Source: an uncultured Anaerolineae bacterium | Lineage (GTDB): Bacteria; Chloroflexota; Anaerolineae; JAADDB01 | Assembly: GCA_964487375.1 (NCBI GenBank) | Contig: CAZAQA010000009.1 | Coordinates: 47,747 to 111,746 of the forward strand | DNA: 64,000 bases | Reading direction: 5' to 3' | Shown: piece after piece, positions 48,858 to 57,993 of the stretch | How the letters are laid out: each line of letters opens with the position of its first letter | How positions within the stretch are numbered: position 1 is the stretch's first letter | Translations under genes and position numbers: made by a program | Notes under the pieces: generated by a model | The model's database searches: none | Told to the model about the DNA's origin: nothing | Seen by the model: the letters and a program-made list of their open reading frames with translations, nothing else

Positions 48858-50185
48858 GCTCTGTCCTCTTGCCACAGGGGCAACAAGGCCGCCGCGATCC
48901 CCTCCAGCCAGGCGAGCAGGGCTTCGTCCTCATTCCAAGGAGCCACACACTGGAGGCCCAGTGGAAGGCCGTTCGACGCCCGGCCGGCCGGGACGGTGGC
49001 TGACGGCATTCCCATGTAGGTCCAGGGCAGATTCATGATGGGATTCCCTGTGGTCTCGATGCCCTCAGGTGCCGGGCCGGGAGCAGCCGGGCAAATCCAG
49101 ACATCGATGCCTTTTTCCTCCATCAGTGACTCCACTTTCTCCCGTTCTACCCGTTGGCCCCTCCTCCCCTGGGCCACCACCTCTGCAGGAACCTGTTGCC
49201 CCTCCCGGACCAGCGCCGCGGTTCGTGGCCGATAGAGGTCCCCGTAACGGGCAAACCATTCGGCATGCTCCTGGGCGAACTCAGCCGCGATCAGATGGCG
49301 GTGCATCTGGTTGATAGTCTCGATATTGTCCAGTGCTTCCACGCGTCGGACATCGTATCCCGCCCCTTCCAGGGCTCGTACCTGCTCCTCGAACGCGGCC
49401 AGACCCTCCGCGGATGCCTGATTCAAATAGGGACCCACGGGCACGCCCAGCACGGGACGACGTTGGCCGGCCCGAGCTTCTTTTTCCTCTGACCAGTCGT
49501 TGCAGGCCACAGAGGCCGCCAGACGCATCCCGGGCACATCCTGCGTAAAGAGCCCCACATGGTCAGCCGAACGGGAGAAATAGAGAAGCCCCGCTGTAGG
49601 AATGCGATTGTAGGTTGGTTTGTAGCCCACGATGCCACAAAACGCGGCCGGACGCAGGACAGAGCCGATGGTTTGGGTGCCGATGGCAAGCTGGGCCATC
49701 CCCGAGGCCACGGCCGCGGCGGAACCGCTGCTGGATCCGCCCGGGGTGTGGGCCAAATTGTGAGGGTTGCGGGTGGGGCCGGGCGCGAAATAGGCGAACT
49801 CTGTCGTCACGGTCTTGCCCAGAACCAGGCTACCGGCCCGACGGAGTCGGGTGACGACCTCGGCCTCTGCGCCTTCGAAGAGCTCCGGGGGCAGGTTGGA
49901 CCCGGCCCGGGTGGGGAAGCCCTCGGCCCGGAAGATGTCCTTCACCCCCAAAAGGATGCCAAAGAGGGGAGGGCGTCCTTCTACCTGGGCGTGGCGTTCG
50001 GCGAGGGCATGAGCCTCTGACCGGACGCGCTCACACCGTCCTTGTTCGGGGATGAATGCCTGCACATGTGGCTCGACATCTTCCAAGCGACGACACATCT
50101 GATCCAGGTAATCGTCCAGGGGCCATTGTCCGGAACGAAGACGGGTTGCCGTTTCGGCCAGCGGTGCGGGGTGAATGTAGGTGTC
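48854..50185 (-). CDS. Amidase signature-family amidase (GatA-like)
   Basis: AS motif GGSSSGSAAAVASG with catalytic Ser. Lys-cisSer-Ser triad context. ATG 50185 with GGAGGG RBS. Confidence 0.8.
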   Translation of the reverse strand, partial: DTYIHPAPLAETATRLRSGQWPLDDYLDQMCRRLEDVEPHVQAFIPEQGRCERVRSEAHALAERHAQVEGRPPLFGILLGVKDIFRAEGFPTRAGSNLPPELFEGAEAEVVTRLRRAGSLVLGKTVTTEFAYFAPGPTRNPHNLAHTPGGSSSGSAAAVASGMAQLAIGTQTIGSVLRPAAFCGIVGYKPTYNRIPTAGLLYFSRSADHVGLFTQDVPGMRLAASVACNDWSEEKEARAGQRRPVLGVPVGPYLNQASAEGLAAFEEQVRALEGAGYDVRRVEALDNIETINQMHRHLIAAEFAQEHAEWFARYGDLYRPRTAALVREGQQVPAEVVAQGRRGQRVEREKVESLMEEKGIDVWICPAAPGPAPEGIETTGNPIMNLPWTYMGMPSATVPAGRASNGLPLGLQCVAPWNEDEALLAWLEGIAAALLPLWQEDRA

Positions 50186-50330
50186 CATGAGTTCCCTCCT
50201 TCCATATCGTAGTGAACGCACATATTATACCGGAAAACGCGAGGGAAGAGGGAGTGCAAGTGGGCTCGATTCCCCGATCCCATCCGGCCACCTTTTTCCC
50301 CAAATTCCGACAGCCCGCCAGGGGACGAAA

Positions 50331-51485
50331 TCAGGGCCCCAAAAGCTGCCGGTAGAGTGCAGCGATGCGTTCTGCCATCACCCCGGCATCGAACTCCTTC
50401 CGCGCTCGCTCACGAGCCGACCGCCCCATGCGGGCTCGCTCCGCCGGGTGAGAAAACAGGAAGTTCAGGGCCTCGGCCAACGCCCCAGGTGCCCCGGGAG
50501 GAACGACCCAACCGGTTTCCCCGTGCACGTTCACGAAGGAGGTGCCCGTCCCCAATTCCGTGCTGATGACGGGCAGGCCGCTGGCCATCGCCTCTACCAG
50601 GACCAGGCCAAAGGCCTCGGCGCGAGAGGTAGAAGGGAGAACAAAGAGGTCCGCCGCGGCATAATAGAGGGGAAGGTCGGCCTCAGGGACATTTCCCAGG
50701 AAGACCACCCGGCGGTCGAGTCCCAGACGCCGGGCCAACTGACGCCACGGTTTCCCCATCGGCCCGGTGCCGATGACCCAGAGGTGTAGCTCGGGGACCT
50801 GGACCAAAGCGTGTAGAAGAACGTCCAGTCCTTTGTAATAGCGCAGCCGGCCGACGAACAAAGCCAGGGGAACATCGGCTTCCCGGCCCCACACGCGCTC
50901 GCGTATCGTGGCCGCCCGGGCCCGGTCCACATGCAAGAAAGGGGCCAGCTCGATCCCCAGAGGGATGGGATGAACGTCTCGGGCCACGGCTTGCAGCTCG
51001 GAGGATGAACGGGCATAAGCAGGGCTGCTGACGATGATGGCATCGGCCCTGGCAAGTACGCGGCGCAGCAAAGGGCGGTATAGACGTAGAATGCGCTGCT
51101 GCCGCACAACATCCGAGTGGTAGGTAATGACCGTCACGCGCGCCCGTCCCCAGAGGAGGTTGGCGATCTCCCCTGGGGGGTAGGGGAAGTGCAGGTGCGC
51201 CACGTCAGCGGTGAGCGTCGCTTGATAGAGGAGCTGACGAGGGCTGAGGGGGGTGGAAGCCACCGTAGCCAATCTGCCGGCACGCAGCACGCGCACGGGA
51301 CCGTCCTGTTCCACGCCAGTGCGAAGACTGTAAGGAAAAGGGGCAGGATTGGTCGCCAAGACGGTAACCTCAAACCCCTGCTGCACCTGACGGTGAGCCA
51401 GGGTGTGGATGTGTTTCTCCATGCCGCCCGCAACAGGGGGGAAATAGTCCTTATAAACGTGGAGAACCCGCAAAGGGCTGGACAT
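50331..51485 (-). CDS. Glycosyltransferase family 4
   Basis: LRVLHVYKDYFPPVAGGMEKH N-terminus. C-terminal EAFGLVLVEAMASGLPVISTE. Confidence 0.8.
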   Translation of the reverse strand: MSSPLRVLHVYKDYFPPVAGGMEKHIHTLAHRQVQQGFEVTVLATNPAPFPYSLRTGVEQDGPVRVLRAGRLATVASTPLSPRQLLYQATLTADVAHLHFPYPPGEIANLLWGRARVTVITYHSDVVRQQRILRLYRPLLRRVLARADAIIVSSPAYARSSSELQAVARDVHPIPLGIELAPFLHVDRARAATIRERVWGREADVPLALFVGRLRYYKGLDVLLHALVQVPELHLWVIGTGPMGKPWRQLARRLGLDRRVVFLGNVPEADLPLYYAAADLFVLPSTSRAEAFGLVLVEAMASGLPVISTELGTGTSFVNVHGETGWVVPPGAPGALAEALNFLFSHPAERARMGRSARERARKEFDAGVMAERIAALYRQLLGP

Positions 51486-51491
51486 GAGAGA

Positions 51492-51743
51492 CTACCGTTC
51501 CGTAATGAAGTCGTCCAGATTCAACACCCGGAAAAGGCGTACCTCCACTTCATGAGGCATTTCTGGGGGTTCGAGACGGTGATACAGGGCCAGCGTCTTG
51601 CTCATGGAATCAAACACGACGTAGCAATTGCGGCATGTGGCCAGATGTTCTTCGATGGCCTGGCAAAGGCTGGGAGAGAGTTCTCCGTCCACATACGCGC
51701 TGATCAAATTGAGCACATCCGTACAGTTCAATTGAGCAGCCAT
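51492..51743 (-). CDS. ZAS-type (zinc-binding) anti-sigma factor
   Basis: H-x3-C-x2-C motif HLATCRNC with an additional upstream Cys (SLCQ), as in RsrA-family redox-sensing anti-sigma factors. Sits 64 nt downstream of the ECF sigma gene. About 83 aa. Confidence 0.6.
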   Translation of the reverse strand: MAAQLNCTDVLNLISAYVDGELSPSLCQAIEEHLATCRNCYVVFDSMSKTLALYHRLEPPEMPHEVEVRLFRVLNLDDFITER

Positions 51744-51806
51744 ACACACTCCGTTCTTCATCCTCCGAGGCCAAGCCCCGAGGATTCAAAGGAGGCTCCT
51801 ATGCGG

Positions 51807-52436
51807 TCAGGTGTCAAGTTCTTTTGAAACGGGACCGGTCACATCCCACCCTTCCACATAAGGGGTGAGAAATTCCCGCAACAGTAGCCGCGCTCGATGC
51901 AACCGCACCTTCGTCGCCGACTCGCTAATTCCCAACGCCTGGGCCGTTTCCAATGTAGAAAGCCCCTCCAGTTCCCGCAGGATGAAGACGACCCGCAGCG
52001 TTTGCGGAAGTTTGCGAATAGCTGCCTCCAACACCTCTCGTAATTCTCCAGTCAGGACGATGTGATGGGGATCAAATCTCCAGTCCGCCAGATTGCGAGG
52101 CAGAACCCCTCCCTCATCGGTCTCCACCGGTGCATCCAGGGAAATTGGGTCTTCCCGGCGCTTGCGTAACCGCATCAGGGCGGCATTCGTCGCCACGCGG
52201 TAAAGCCAGGTTCCAAGTTGTGAGTCCCCGCGAAAAGAGCGTATCTTGCTGCAGGCATTGATGAACGCCTCCTGCAGGGCTTCCTCAGCCTCCTCTTCGA
52301 CCCCAAGAATCCGCAATGTGACTCGATACAGTTTGGGAGAATAGCGACGCACCAACTCCGCACAGGCACGCCGATCGCCCGCCTGTAATGCGGCCAGCAA
52401 ATCGGATTCGGTTGCGTATTCTTGCCCTTCAGTCAT
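51807..52436 (-). CDS. ECF (sigma-70 family group 4) RNA polymerase sigma factor
   Basis: Region 2 (LVRRYSPKLYRVTLRILGVEEEAEEALQEAFINA). Region 4 HTH (LSTLETAQALGISESATKVRLHRAR). Confidence 0.85.
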   Translation of the reverse strand: MTEGQEYATESDLLAALQAGDRRACAELVRRYSPKLYRVTLRILGVEEEAEEALQEAFINACSKIRSFRGDSQLGTWLYRVATNAALMRLRKRREDPISLDAPVETDEGGVLPRNLADWRFDPHHIVLTGELREVLEAAIRKLPQTLRVVFILRELEGLSTLETAQALGISESATKVRLHRARLLLREFLTPYVEGWDVTGPVSKELDT

Positions 52437-52491
52437 TGGATGCACTTGCCCTTACATGCGTTACGCCGCCCGTTTATGGGTGCCCCTTCCA

Positions 52492-52845
52492 TCACGGGAG
52501 ATCCCCGACCTCCTCTTGTTCGGGCAATCGGGCACGCAACGCGCGCCCGATTGCGTATGGCTCGGCTGAACCGTGTAGGAGGAGGTCGTACTCTCCCTTG
52601 TCATCGACGAGAAAGACCAGCGGGAAGCGAAGGCCTTGCTTGCGCGCGGCGCGAATGAGATCGAAATAGCGCTCCATCACGTCCATCTCGTTCGCGTCCA
52701 CGTAGACCACTTCCAGGGGCAGGCTCATGCTGCGTTGGATGTAAACCCTGGAGGCCTGCGCCAGTTGTTCGGCCGTGTACACCGGACCACAGGTCTTGCA
52801 GAATCGATTCTCTTCCTCTGAGTGTCCGATAATCAGAATATGCAT
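52492..52845 (-). CDS. Thioredoxin-fold CxxC protein, YuzD/DUF1462-like putative disulfide oxidoreductase
   Basis: 117 aa. Short beta-strand then CKTCG (CxxC) then helix, followed by a strand with FPLVFLVDDKGEYDLL. Pattern recalled from Bacillus YuzD; the family call is from memory. Confidence 0.5.
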   Translation of the reverse strand: MHILIIGHSEEENRFCKTCGPVYTAEQLAQASRVYIQRSMSLPLEVVYVDANEMDVMERYFDLIRAARKQGLRFPLVFLVDDKGEYDLLLHGSAEPYAIGRALRARLPEQEEVGDLP

Positions 52846-52932
52846 GATGTGCCCTCTCCTCTGAAAGTCCTTTTCGGCCCACGGCAGACAGTTGGGGATC
52901 CTCGTCTATCGATCTTCTCCCTCATGACCTTT

Positions 52933-53706
52933 TCATATCCCCGCCGCTTGACGAATGCGCTGCCGCAGGACCGGTCCGGGGAGAGCGCCCACGATACGGT
53001 CCACCACCTGACCGTTGCGAATGACCAGCAATGTGGGGATGCTGCGCACGCCGTACATCGCGGCTGTACGTGGATTCTCGTCCACGTTCAGTTTGGCCAC
53101 CAGGAGCTTACCCGCGTACTCGCGCGCGATTTGCTCCAGGACCGGCGCAATCATGCGACAAGGAGCACACCAGGGCGCCCACAAGTCCACCACCACCGGA
53201 ATACGCGAGCCGAGTACGAGCTGCTGGAAGGTGGCATCCGTCACCACTACCGGCGCGTCGGGATGAGAGGAAGGACCGCGCTGTGGTCCGGACCCGGGAC
53301 GCGGTTGGGCTCCGGCCAGGGGGACAGACGCGCCTCCGCGTATCGTCCCCGAGCGGGGCCGCTTCCCCAAAAGCACCTCCAGCTCCTGTTGGAGGGCCTG
53401 CTCCCCTACTTCGCCCACGATGCGTTCTACCTCGCGGCCCTCCTTGAGGAGGACAACGGTGGGGACGGCCTCGATGTGATATCGATGGGCCGCCTCGGGC
53501 GTGTCGGTCACATTTGCCCGCACCACCAGTACGTCTCCGGCAAACTCGCGGGCCAGATGCTTGAGCGCGTCCTCCATGCGGTCGCACGGAGGACAATTCC
53601 CCTTCCAGAAAACGATCAGCACCGGAATCGGCGAACGTTCCACTTTCTTGAAGGCCGGATCGGTCACGTGAATCGGTTCGAAAAAAACAGGCATTGGGTC
53701 CTCCAA
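52933..53706 (-). CDS. trxA: Tandem-domain thioredoxin (two Trx folds joined by a Gly/Pro/Arg-rich linker)
   Basis: Domain 1 active site WKGNCPPCDRM (CPPC). Domain 2 WAPWCAPCRMIAPVLEQIAREYAGKLLVAKLNVDENP...GVRSIPTLLV, a canonical Trx with CAPC. Confidence 0.8.
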   Translation of the reverse strand: MEDPMPVFFEPIHVTDPAFKKVERSPIPVLIVFWKGNCPPCDRMEDALKHLAREFAGDVLVVRANVTDTPEAAHRYHIEAVPTVVLLKEGREVERIVGEVGEQALQQELEVLLGKRPRSGTIRGGASVPLAGAQPRPGSGPQRGPSSHPDAPVVVTDATFQQLVLGSRIPVVVDLWAPWCAPCRMIAPVLEQIAREYAGKLLVAKLNVDENPRTAAMYGVRSIPTLLVIRNGQVVDRIVGALPGPVLRQRIRQAAGI

Positions 53707-53731
53707 GTGTGTTCGAATGATTCATCCATTT

Positions 53732-55363
53732 TTAGAGCGCCCTCACCATGTACAGGTCCCTTACCTCAAAGCCCAGCTTTCGATAATAGTGGCGTGTGCC
53801 CACGGCGGCAATGACCGCCAGCTCCCTGTACCCTTCCTGGCGTGCTATTTCGACGGCTCGTTCCACGAGGCGACGTCCCAATCCCCGGTGCTGAGGCTCC
53901 TGCCCCCCTTCTTCCCCAAACTTCAGCGCAGGACCGTACACGTGCACTTCTCGGATCATGGCCGCGTTTTGGATCTCGGGAACGGGCACGACCTCAGGGC
54001 CGTGGGGTAGGGAGAGCCGCAGAAAGCCCGCAATACGATCGTCCTCCGTGGCCACGTGAAGGAAGAGTTCCCGGTTGATATCGGTCTCATAAGGGAGCAC
54101 GTTCAAATGGAGGTCCTCCTCGCTCACGTGAGTGTGCCGCACTTCTCGACAGCGAATGCACCGGCAGCGCATTCCCCGTTCTGCCATGTACGCCTGGACC
54201 TGTTGACGCAGGTTGGTTTTTGTGTTCCCGGCCACGATGTTCGGCGTAGGAATGTCTCGGAAAATGCGGTTAATGCGGCAATAAGGAGGTACATGCGTCT
54301 TGCATCGGGCTACCAGATCGATGAGCACCTCCTCCGGATAAGGATGATACTGCCCTTCTTTCCACAACTCATAAAGGGCTGTATTCTTCAGCAAAGAAGT
54401 AGGGTAGATCTTCAGCTCATCGGGTCGGATGGCCGGGTCCTCCCACAAACGCTGGAAGTCTTCATAATCCGACTCGGGTGTGGCCCCGTAGAGGTTGGCC
54501 ATCCAGTGGACGACGATCTTGAACCCCGCTCCTCTCAACAAGCGAATGGCGCGACGCACATCGGCCACCGTGTGTCCCCGCTTGTTCAGGGCCAGAATGC
54601 GGTCATCCATGCTCTGCAGGCCCAATTGTACCTTAGTGACACCCAGGCGACGCATGTGCAGGATCTCCCGTAGAGTCACCCGATCGGGTCGGGTCTCCAC
54701 GACCAGTCCCACGTTACGATGGTTCGCGCTTTCGTTGATGCGCTGAGCTTCTTCCAGGGTCTTCGCCTCCACGCCATTCATGGCGTCGAAGCAACGTCGG
54801 ACGAACCACTCCCGGTAGCCGCGCGGGTATGCAGACCAGGTGCCTCCCAGGATGAGCAGCTCCACCTTGGCCGCGCTGTGGCCGATGGCCTCGAAGGCGC
54901 GAATGCGGCTTTCTGTCTGACGGAAGGGGTCGAATTCATTTTGAAGTGCGCGCTGCGCGCCCGGTTCGTCGGGCACATAGCTCTTGGGCATGTTACTGAA
55001 CGTGGGGCAAAAGATGCACTCACCTGGGCAAAAGTAGGGCTTGGTCAACACGGTCACCGGGGCCACCCCGGAGCTGGTGCGAACGGGCTTGAGTTGCAGA
55101 CGGCGCAACAGTTCCCGGTCGAAGGGGAGACTCCCGCTCTCGACCAGATGTCGATAGCCGGCGACCATCTGGCTCTTGGAGAGGACCCGTCCGGTCCGCC
55201 GCGCGTAGGCACGCATCAAGGACGCGTACAGGTCCTTGAGCGAAGCCCCGGCCCGGGTCACCTGCTCCAGGCTTTCCAGGAAGGCTTCCTCGTCGATGTC
55301 TACCCCCTCAAATCGAGGTTCCGTCGAAACGCGCATATCTGCTATCTGCCCTTCATCCAACAA
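53732..55363 (-). CDS. elp3: Elp3-family protein: radical SAM domain plus C-terminal GNAT acetyltransferase domain (tRNA U34 carboxymethyluridine synthase-like)
   Basis: FeS motif CPGECIFCP followed by SY...EP...RA as in Elp3. C-terminal GNAT Q/R-x-x-G-x-G motif HRGLGRRLVERAVEIARQEGY. 543 aa, typical of bacterial Elp3 homologs. Confidence 0.75.
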   Translation of the reverse strand: MLDEGQIADMRVSTEPRFEGVDIDEEAFLESLEQVTRAGASLKDLYASLMRAYARRTGRVLSKSQMVAGYRHLVESGSLPFDRELLRRLQLKPVRTSSGVAPVTVLTKPYFCPGECIFCPTFSNMPKSYVPDEPGAQRALQNEFDPFRQTESRIRAFEAIGHSAAKVELLILGGTWSAYPRGYREWFVRRCFDAMNGVEAKTLEEAQRINESANHRNVGLVVETRPDRVTLREILHMRRLGVTKVQLGLQSMDDRILALNKRGHTVADVRRAIRLLRGAGFKIVVHWMANLYGATPESDYEDFQRLWEDPAIRPDELKIYPTSLLKNTALYELWKEGQYHPYPEEVLIDLVARCKTHVPPYCRINRIFRDIPTPNIVAGNTKTNLRQQVQAYMAERGMRCRCIRCREVRHTHVSEEDLHLNVLPYETDINRELFLHVATEDDRIAGFLRLSLPHGPEVVPVPEIQNAAMIREVHVYGPALKFGEEGGQEPQHRGLGRRLVERAVEIARQEGYRELAVIAAVGTRHYYRKLGFEVRDLYMVRAL

Positions 55364-55747
55364 CGCCGGCCCTATCCGATTCTATTCGCGCCCGGTGGAA
55401 GCCGTGAAAACGGCCTTCGACCCTCGGCCATTTCCCCCGACCGCCCTCGCATTATACGGTATTTCTCCCCATCTGTCATCTACTCGTCCGAGATGGAGAG
55501 TTCCAAACTCCGCTCAGAGCCCTCATCCTCGGCCCTCTCCTCCCGAATTCGGACGAGGGAGAGGCGTTAATGGCCTCCGATTGCGCAACCGTTGCGTTAA
55601 AACGTTCAAAAGCCCCATCGCCCAGCGAACGAAGTTGATTCCCACCTTCAAAATACGTTATCATGCGAGGGTGTGAACGGACGGCGTTGTGCTGTACAAT
55701 CGGCATGCGGATCTAGACATAGCTAGGCCTGGATGAAAGGTGCTCCT

Positions 55748-57004
55748 ATGCCCACACGCGCGGACGTATTGGTCATCGGCGGCGGCATCATCGGGGTAAG
55801 CTCCGCCTACTACCTTGCTCGTGCAGGTTTGGATGTCCATCTGGTGGAGCAAGGAGAGATAGCCGCGGGAAGCTCCTACGGCAACGCCGGATTGGTCACG
55901 CCCAGTGACTCGGCACCTCTTCCCTCCCCTTCGGCCCTCAGCAAAGGACTACAGTGGATGCTGGACGCCCGTAGTCCGCTCTACATCAAACCCCGCCCCG
56001 ATCCGGAACTGCTCTCCTGGTTATGGCGCTTTCGAGGAGCCTGCAACCGCTCGGCCTTTCGACGAGCCGCCTCCCTGTTGACGACACTTTCTCGTCTTAG
56101 CCTGGAGCTGTACGAACAGTTGCGGAAGGAGGAAGAGATCCCAGCCTTGTTCCAACGCCGTGGCCTCCTCCTCCTCTACCGGACGGAAGTGGGGTTTGAG
56201 GAAGGGCAGCACTACGCCGAGATGATGAAGGCGTTCGGCCTGGATTCAGATACGCTGAACCGCGAGGATGTCCGCGCGCGGGTATCCCTGGTTCGGCCGG
56301 ATGTAGTGGGCGGCATCTACTTTCGGACGGACGCGCACGTGGATCCGGCAAGTTTCGTTCGCTCCCTGGCCGAACGCGCTTCCGTGCGCGGGGTCACCAT
56401 CCACACGCGCACGGAAGCCCTGCGCTTGCAAGTGAAGCAGGGACGCGTCCAGGCGGTGTTTACCACCCGCGGCGATTTCGTGGCCCGGCACGTCATCGTG
56501 GCATCAGGCGCGTGGAGCCCGCTCCTGGTGCGAGACCTGGGAGTGCGGCTGCCCGTGCAAGCTGCGAAGGGCTACAGCATCACGGTAGGACGCCCTCCCC
56601 AGTTTCCCGAATTGCCCCTCATCTTAGACGAGGCCAAAGTGGCCGTGACGCCCTTGGGAGAACGACTACGCTTTGCCGGCACGTTGGAACTGGGCGGGTT
56701 GGACATGAGCGTGAATCTCACCCGTGTACGGGCCATCGAGGAGGGGGTGAGGCGCTATCTCAACCTGGATCCACAAGGCCAGCCGCTGGTCGAGTTGTGG
56801 CGGGGGTGGCGTCCCTGCACGCCCGACGGCTATCCCGTCATCGGACGCCTGTCCACTGTGGAGAACCTGTGGGTTGCGACAGGGCACTGCATGCTGGGCA
56901 TCACCCAGGGGCCGGGCACGGGGAAACTGGTGGCCGACATGGTTACGGGGCGAGAACCGATGCTGGATGCGACGCCCTTCCATCCAGCCCGCTTTGGCCT
57001 GTAG
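55748..57004 (+). CDS. FAD-dependent oxidoreductase (DadA/ThiO-like D-amino acid or glycine oxidase)
   Basis: Dinucleotide motif DVLVIGGGIIGVSSAYYLA-x-AG-x-x-V-x-LVE. C-terminal G-x-G-x-x-G context. Confidence 0.8.
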   Translation: MPTRADVLVIGGGIIGVSSAYYLARAGLDVHLVEQGEIAAGSSYGNAGLVTPSDSAPLPSPSALSKGLQWMLDARSPLYIKPRPDPELLSWLWRFRGACNRSAFRRAASLLTTLSRLSLELYEQLRKEEEIPALFQRRGLLLLYRTEVGFEEGQHYAEMMKAFGLDSDTLNREDVRARVSLVRPDVVGGIYFRTDAHVDPASFVRSLAERASVRGVTIHTRTEALRLQVKQGRVQAVFTTRGDFVARHVIVASGAWSPLLVRDLGVRLPVQAAKGYSITVGRPPQFPELPLILDEAKVAVTPLGERLRFAGTLELGGLDMSVNLTRVRAIEEGVRRYLNLDPQGQPLVELWRGWRPCTPDGYPVIGRLSTVENLWVATGHCMLGITQGPGTGKLVADMVTGREPMLDATPFHPARFGL

Positions 57005-57017
57005 GGGTGGTGGACCC

Positions 57018-57827
57018 GTGGACGAACACGTGCGCCAACGTCTGCTCCAGCTCAATCGCTCCTTCTACGAGACCTTCGCGGCGAGTTTCTCCGCAACCCG
57101 GTTTGGCTTTCAGCCCGGCTACGCGCGCCTTGCCCGGTACTTTCCGCCTGTCTGCCGGGTGCTGGATTTGGGATGTGGCAACGGGCGTTTTGCCCACTTT
57201 CTCGACGCCCACGTGCAAGAGGCTTATTACGTAGGTATCGATGGGAGCGCGAAGCTCGTGCAACAGGCGCGAGACGCGGCCGCAACGTTGACCCGCGTTC
57301 ACGCGGTCTTTCACGTGGCCGACCTGACCGGGGAGGAATGGCTCCGCCTCGTTCCGGCCGAGACCTTCGATGTCGTGTTGGCCCTCGCTGTGCTGCACCA
57401 TATCCCCGGCTTTGCAGCCCGGGCACAACTTCTGCGCCGGGCTGCCTCACGTGTCCGGACGGGCGGCTATGTGATTCTCTCCAACTGGCGTTTCACCCAC
57501 AATGAGCGGATGCGGCGCAAGATCGTGCCCTGGGAAGTCATCGGCCTGTCGGCAGCAGAGGTAGAATCGGGAGACTATCTTCTGGACTGGAAGCGAGATG
57601 GCGTCGGGTATCGCTATGTCCACCAACTGGACAAGAAAGAGGTCGAAGCTCTGGCCCGGAACGCGAACCTCGTCGTCGTCGAGCATTTCCATTGCGATGG
57701 CCGTGAGGGAGACTTAAGCCTCTACAGCGTGCTGACCAAAGCAGCCCCTCCCCGTTCCTCTAACGCAATGTCTACGTCGATCAAACGAAATTCTAATGAA
57801 ACGAGCCTAGAATGGAGACAGGTATAG
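57018..57827 (+). CDS. Class I SAM-dependent methyltransferase
   Basis: Motif I VLDLGCGNGRF. Post-I acidic residue. Rossmann-like. GTG start 14 nt after the dadA-like stop. Confidence 0.65.
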   Translation: MDEHVRQRLLQLNRSFYETFAASFSATRFGFQPGYARLARYFPPVCRVLDLGCGNGRFAHFLDAHVQEAYYVGIDGSAKLVQQARDAAATLTRVHAVFHVADLTGEEWLRLVPAETFDVVLALAVLHHIPGFAARAQLLRRAASRVRTGGYVILSNWRFTHNERMRRKIVPWEVIGLSAAEVESGDYLLDWKRDGVGYRYVHQLDKKEVEALARNANLVVVEHFHCDGREGDLSLYSVLTKAAPPRSSNAMSTSIKRNSNETSLEWRQV

Positions 57828-57993
57828 TGTGGGAAGATCGGTGATTCTTCAGGCCTGTCAGGGGGAGGTCCGTCATGGGGAAACCATTCCCGCCCACCTG
57901 AGATAATGAGGCCGGGGAATAAGGCATGAGACCGTATGACCGGGAGAGCCGCAGCGTGGGAGTCTGCGGTCTGATGCAAGCAGGAGGACAATC

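Noticed and set aside
53732-55363. Elp3-type radical SAM as the missing AmmeMemoRadiSam radical-SAM partner
   Set aside because: The AmmeMemoRadiSam activase is a small PflA-like radical SAM. This protein has the Elp3 FeS motif plus a GNAT domain, which is a different family.
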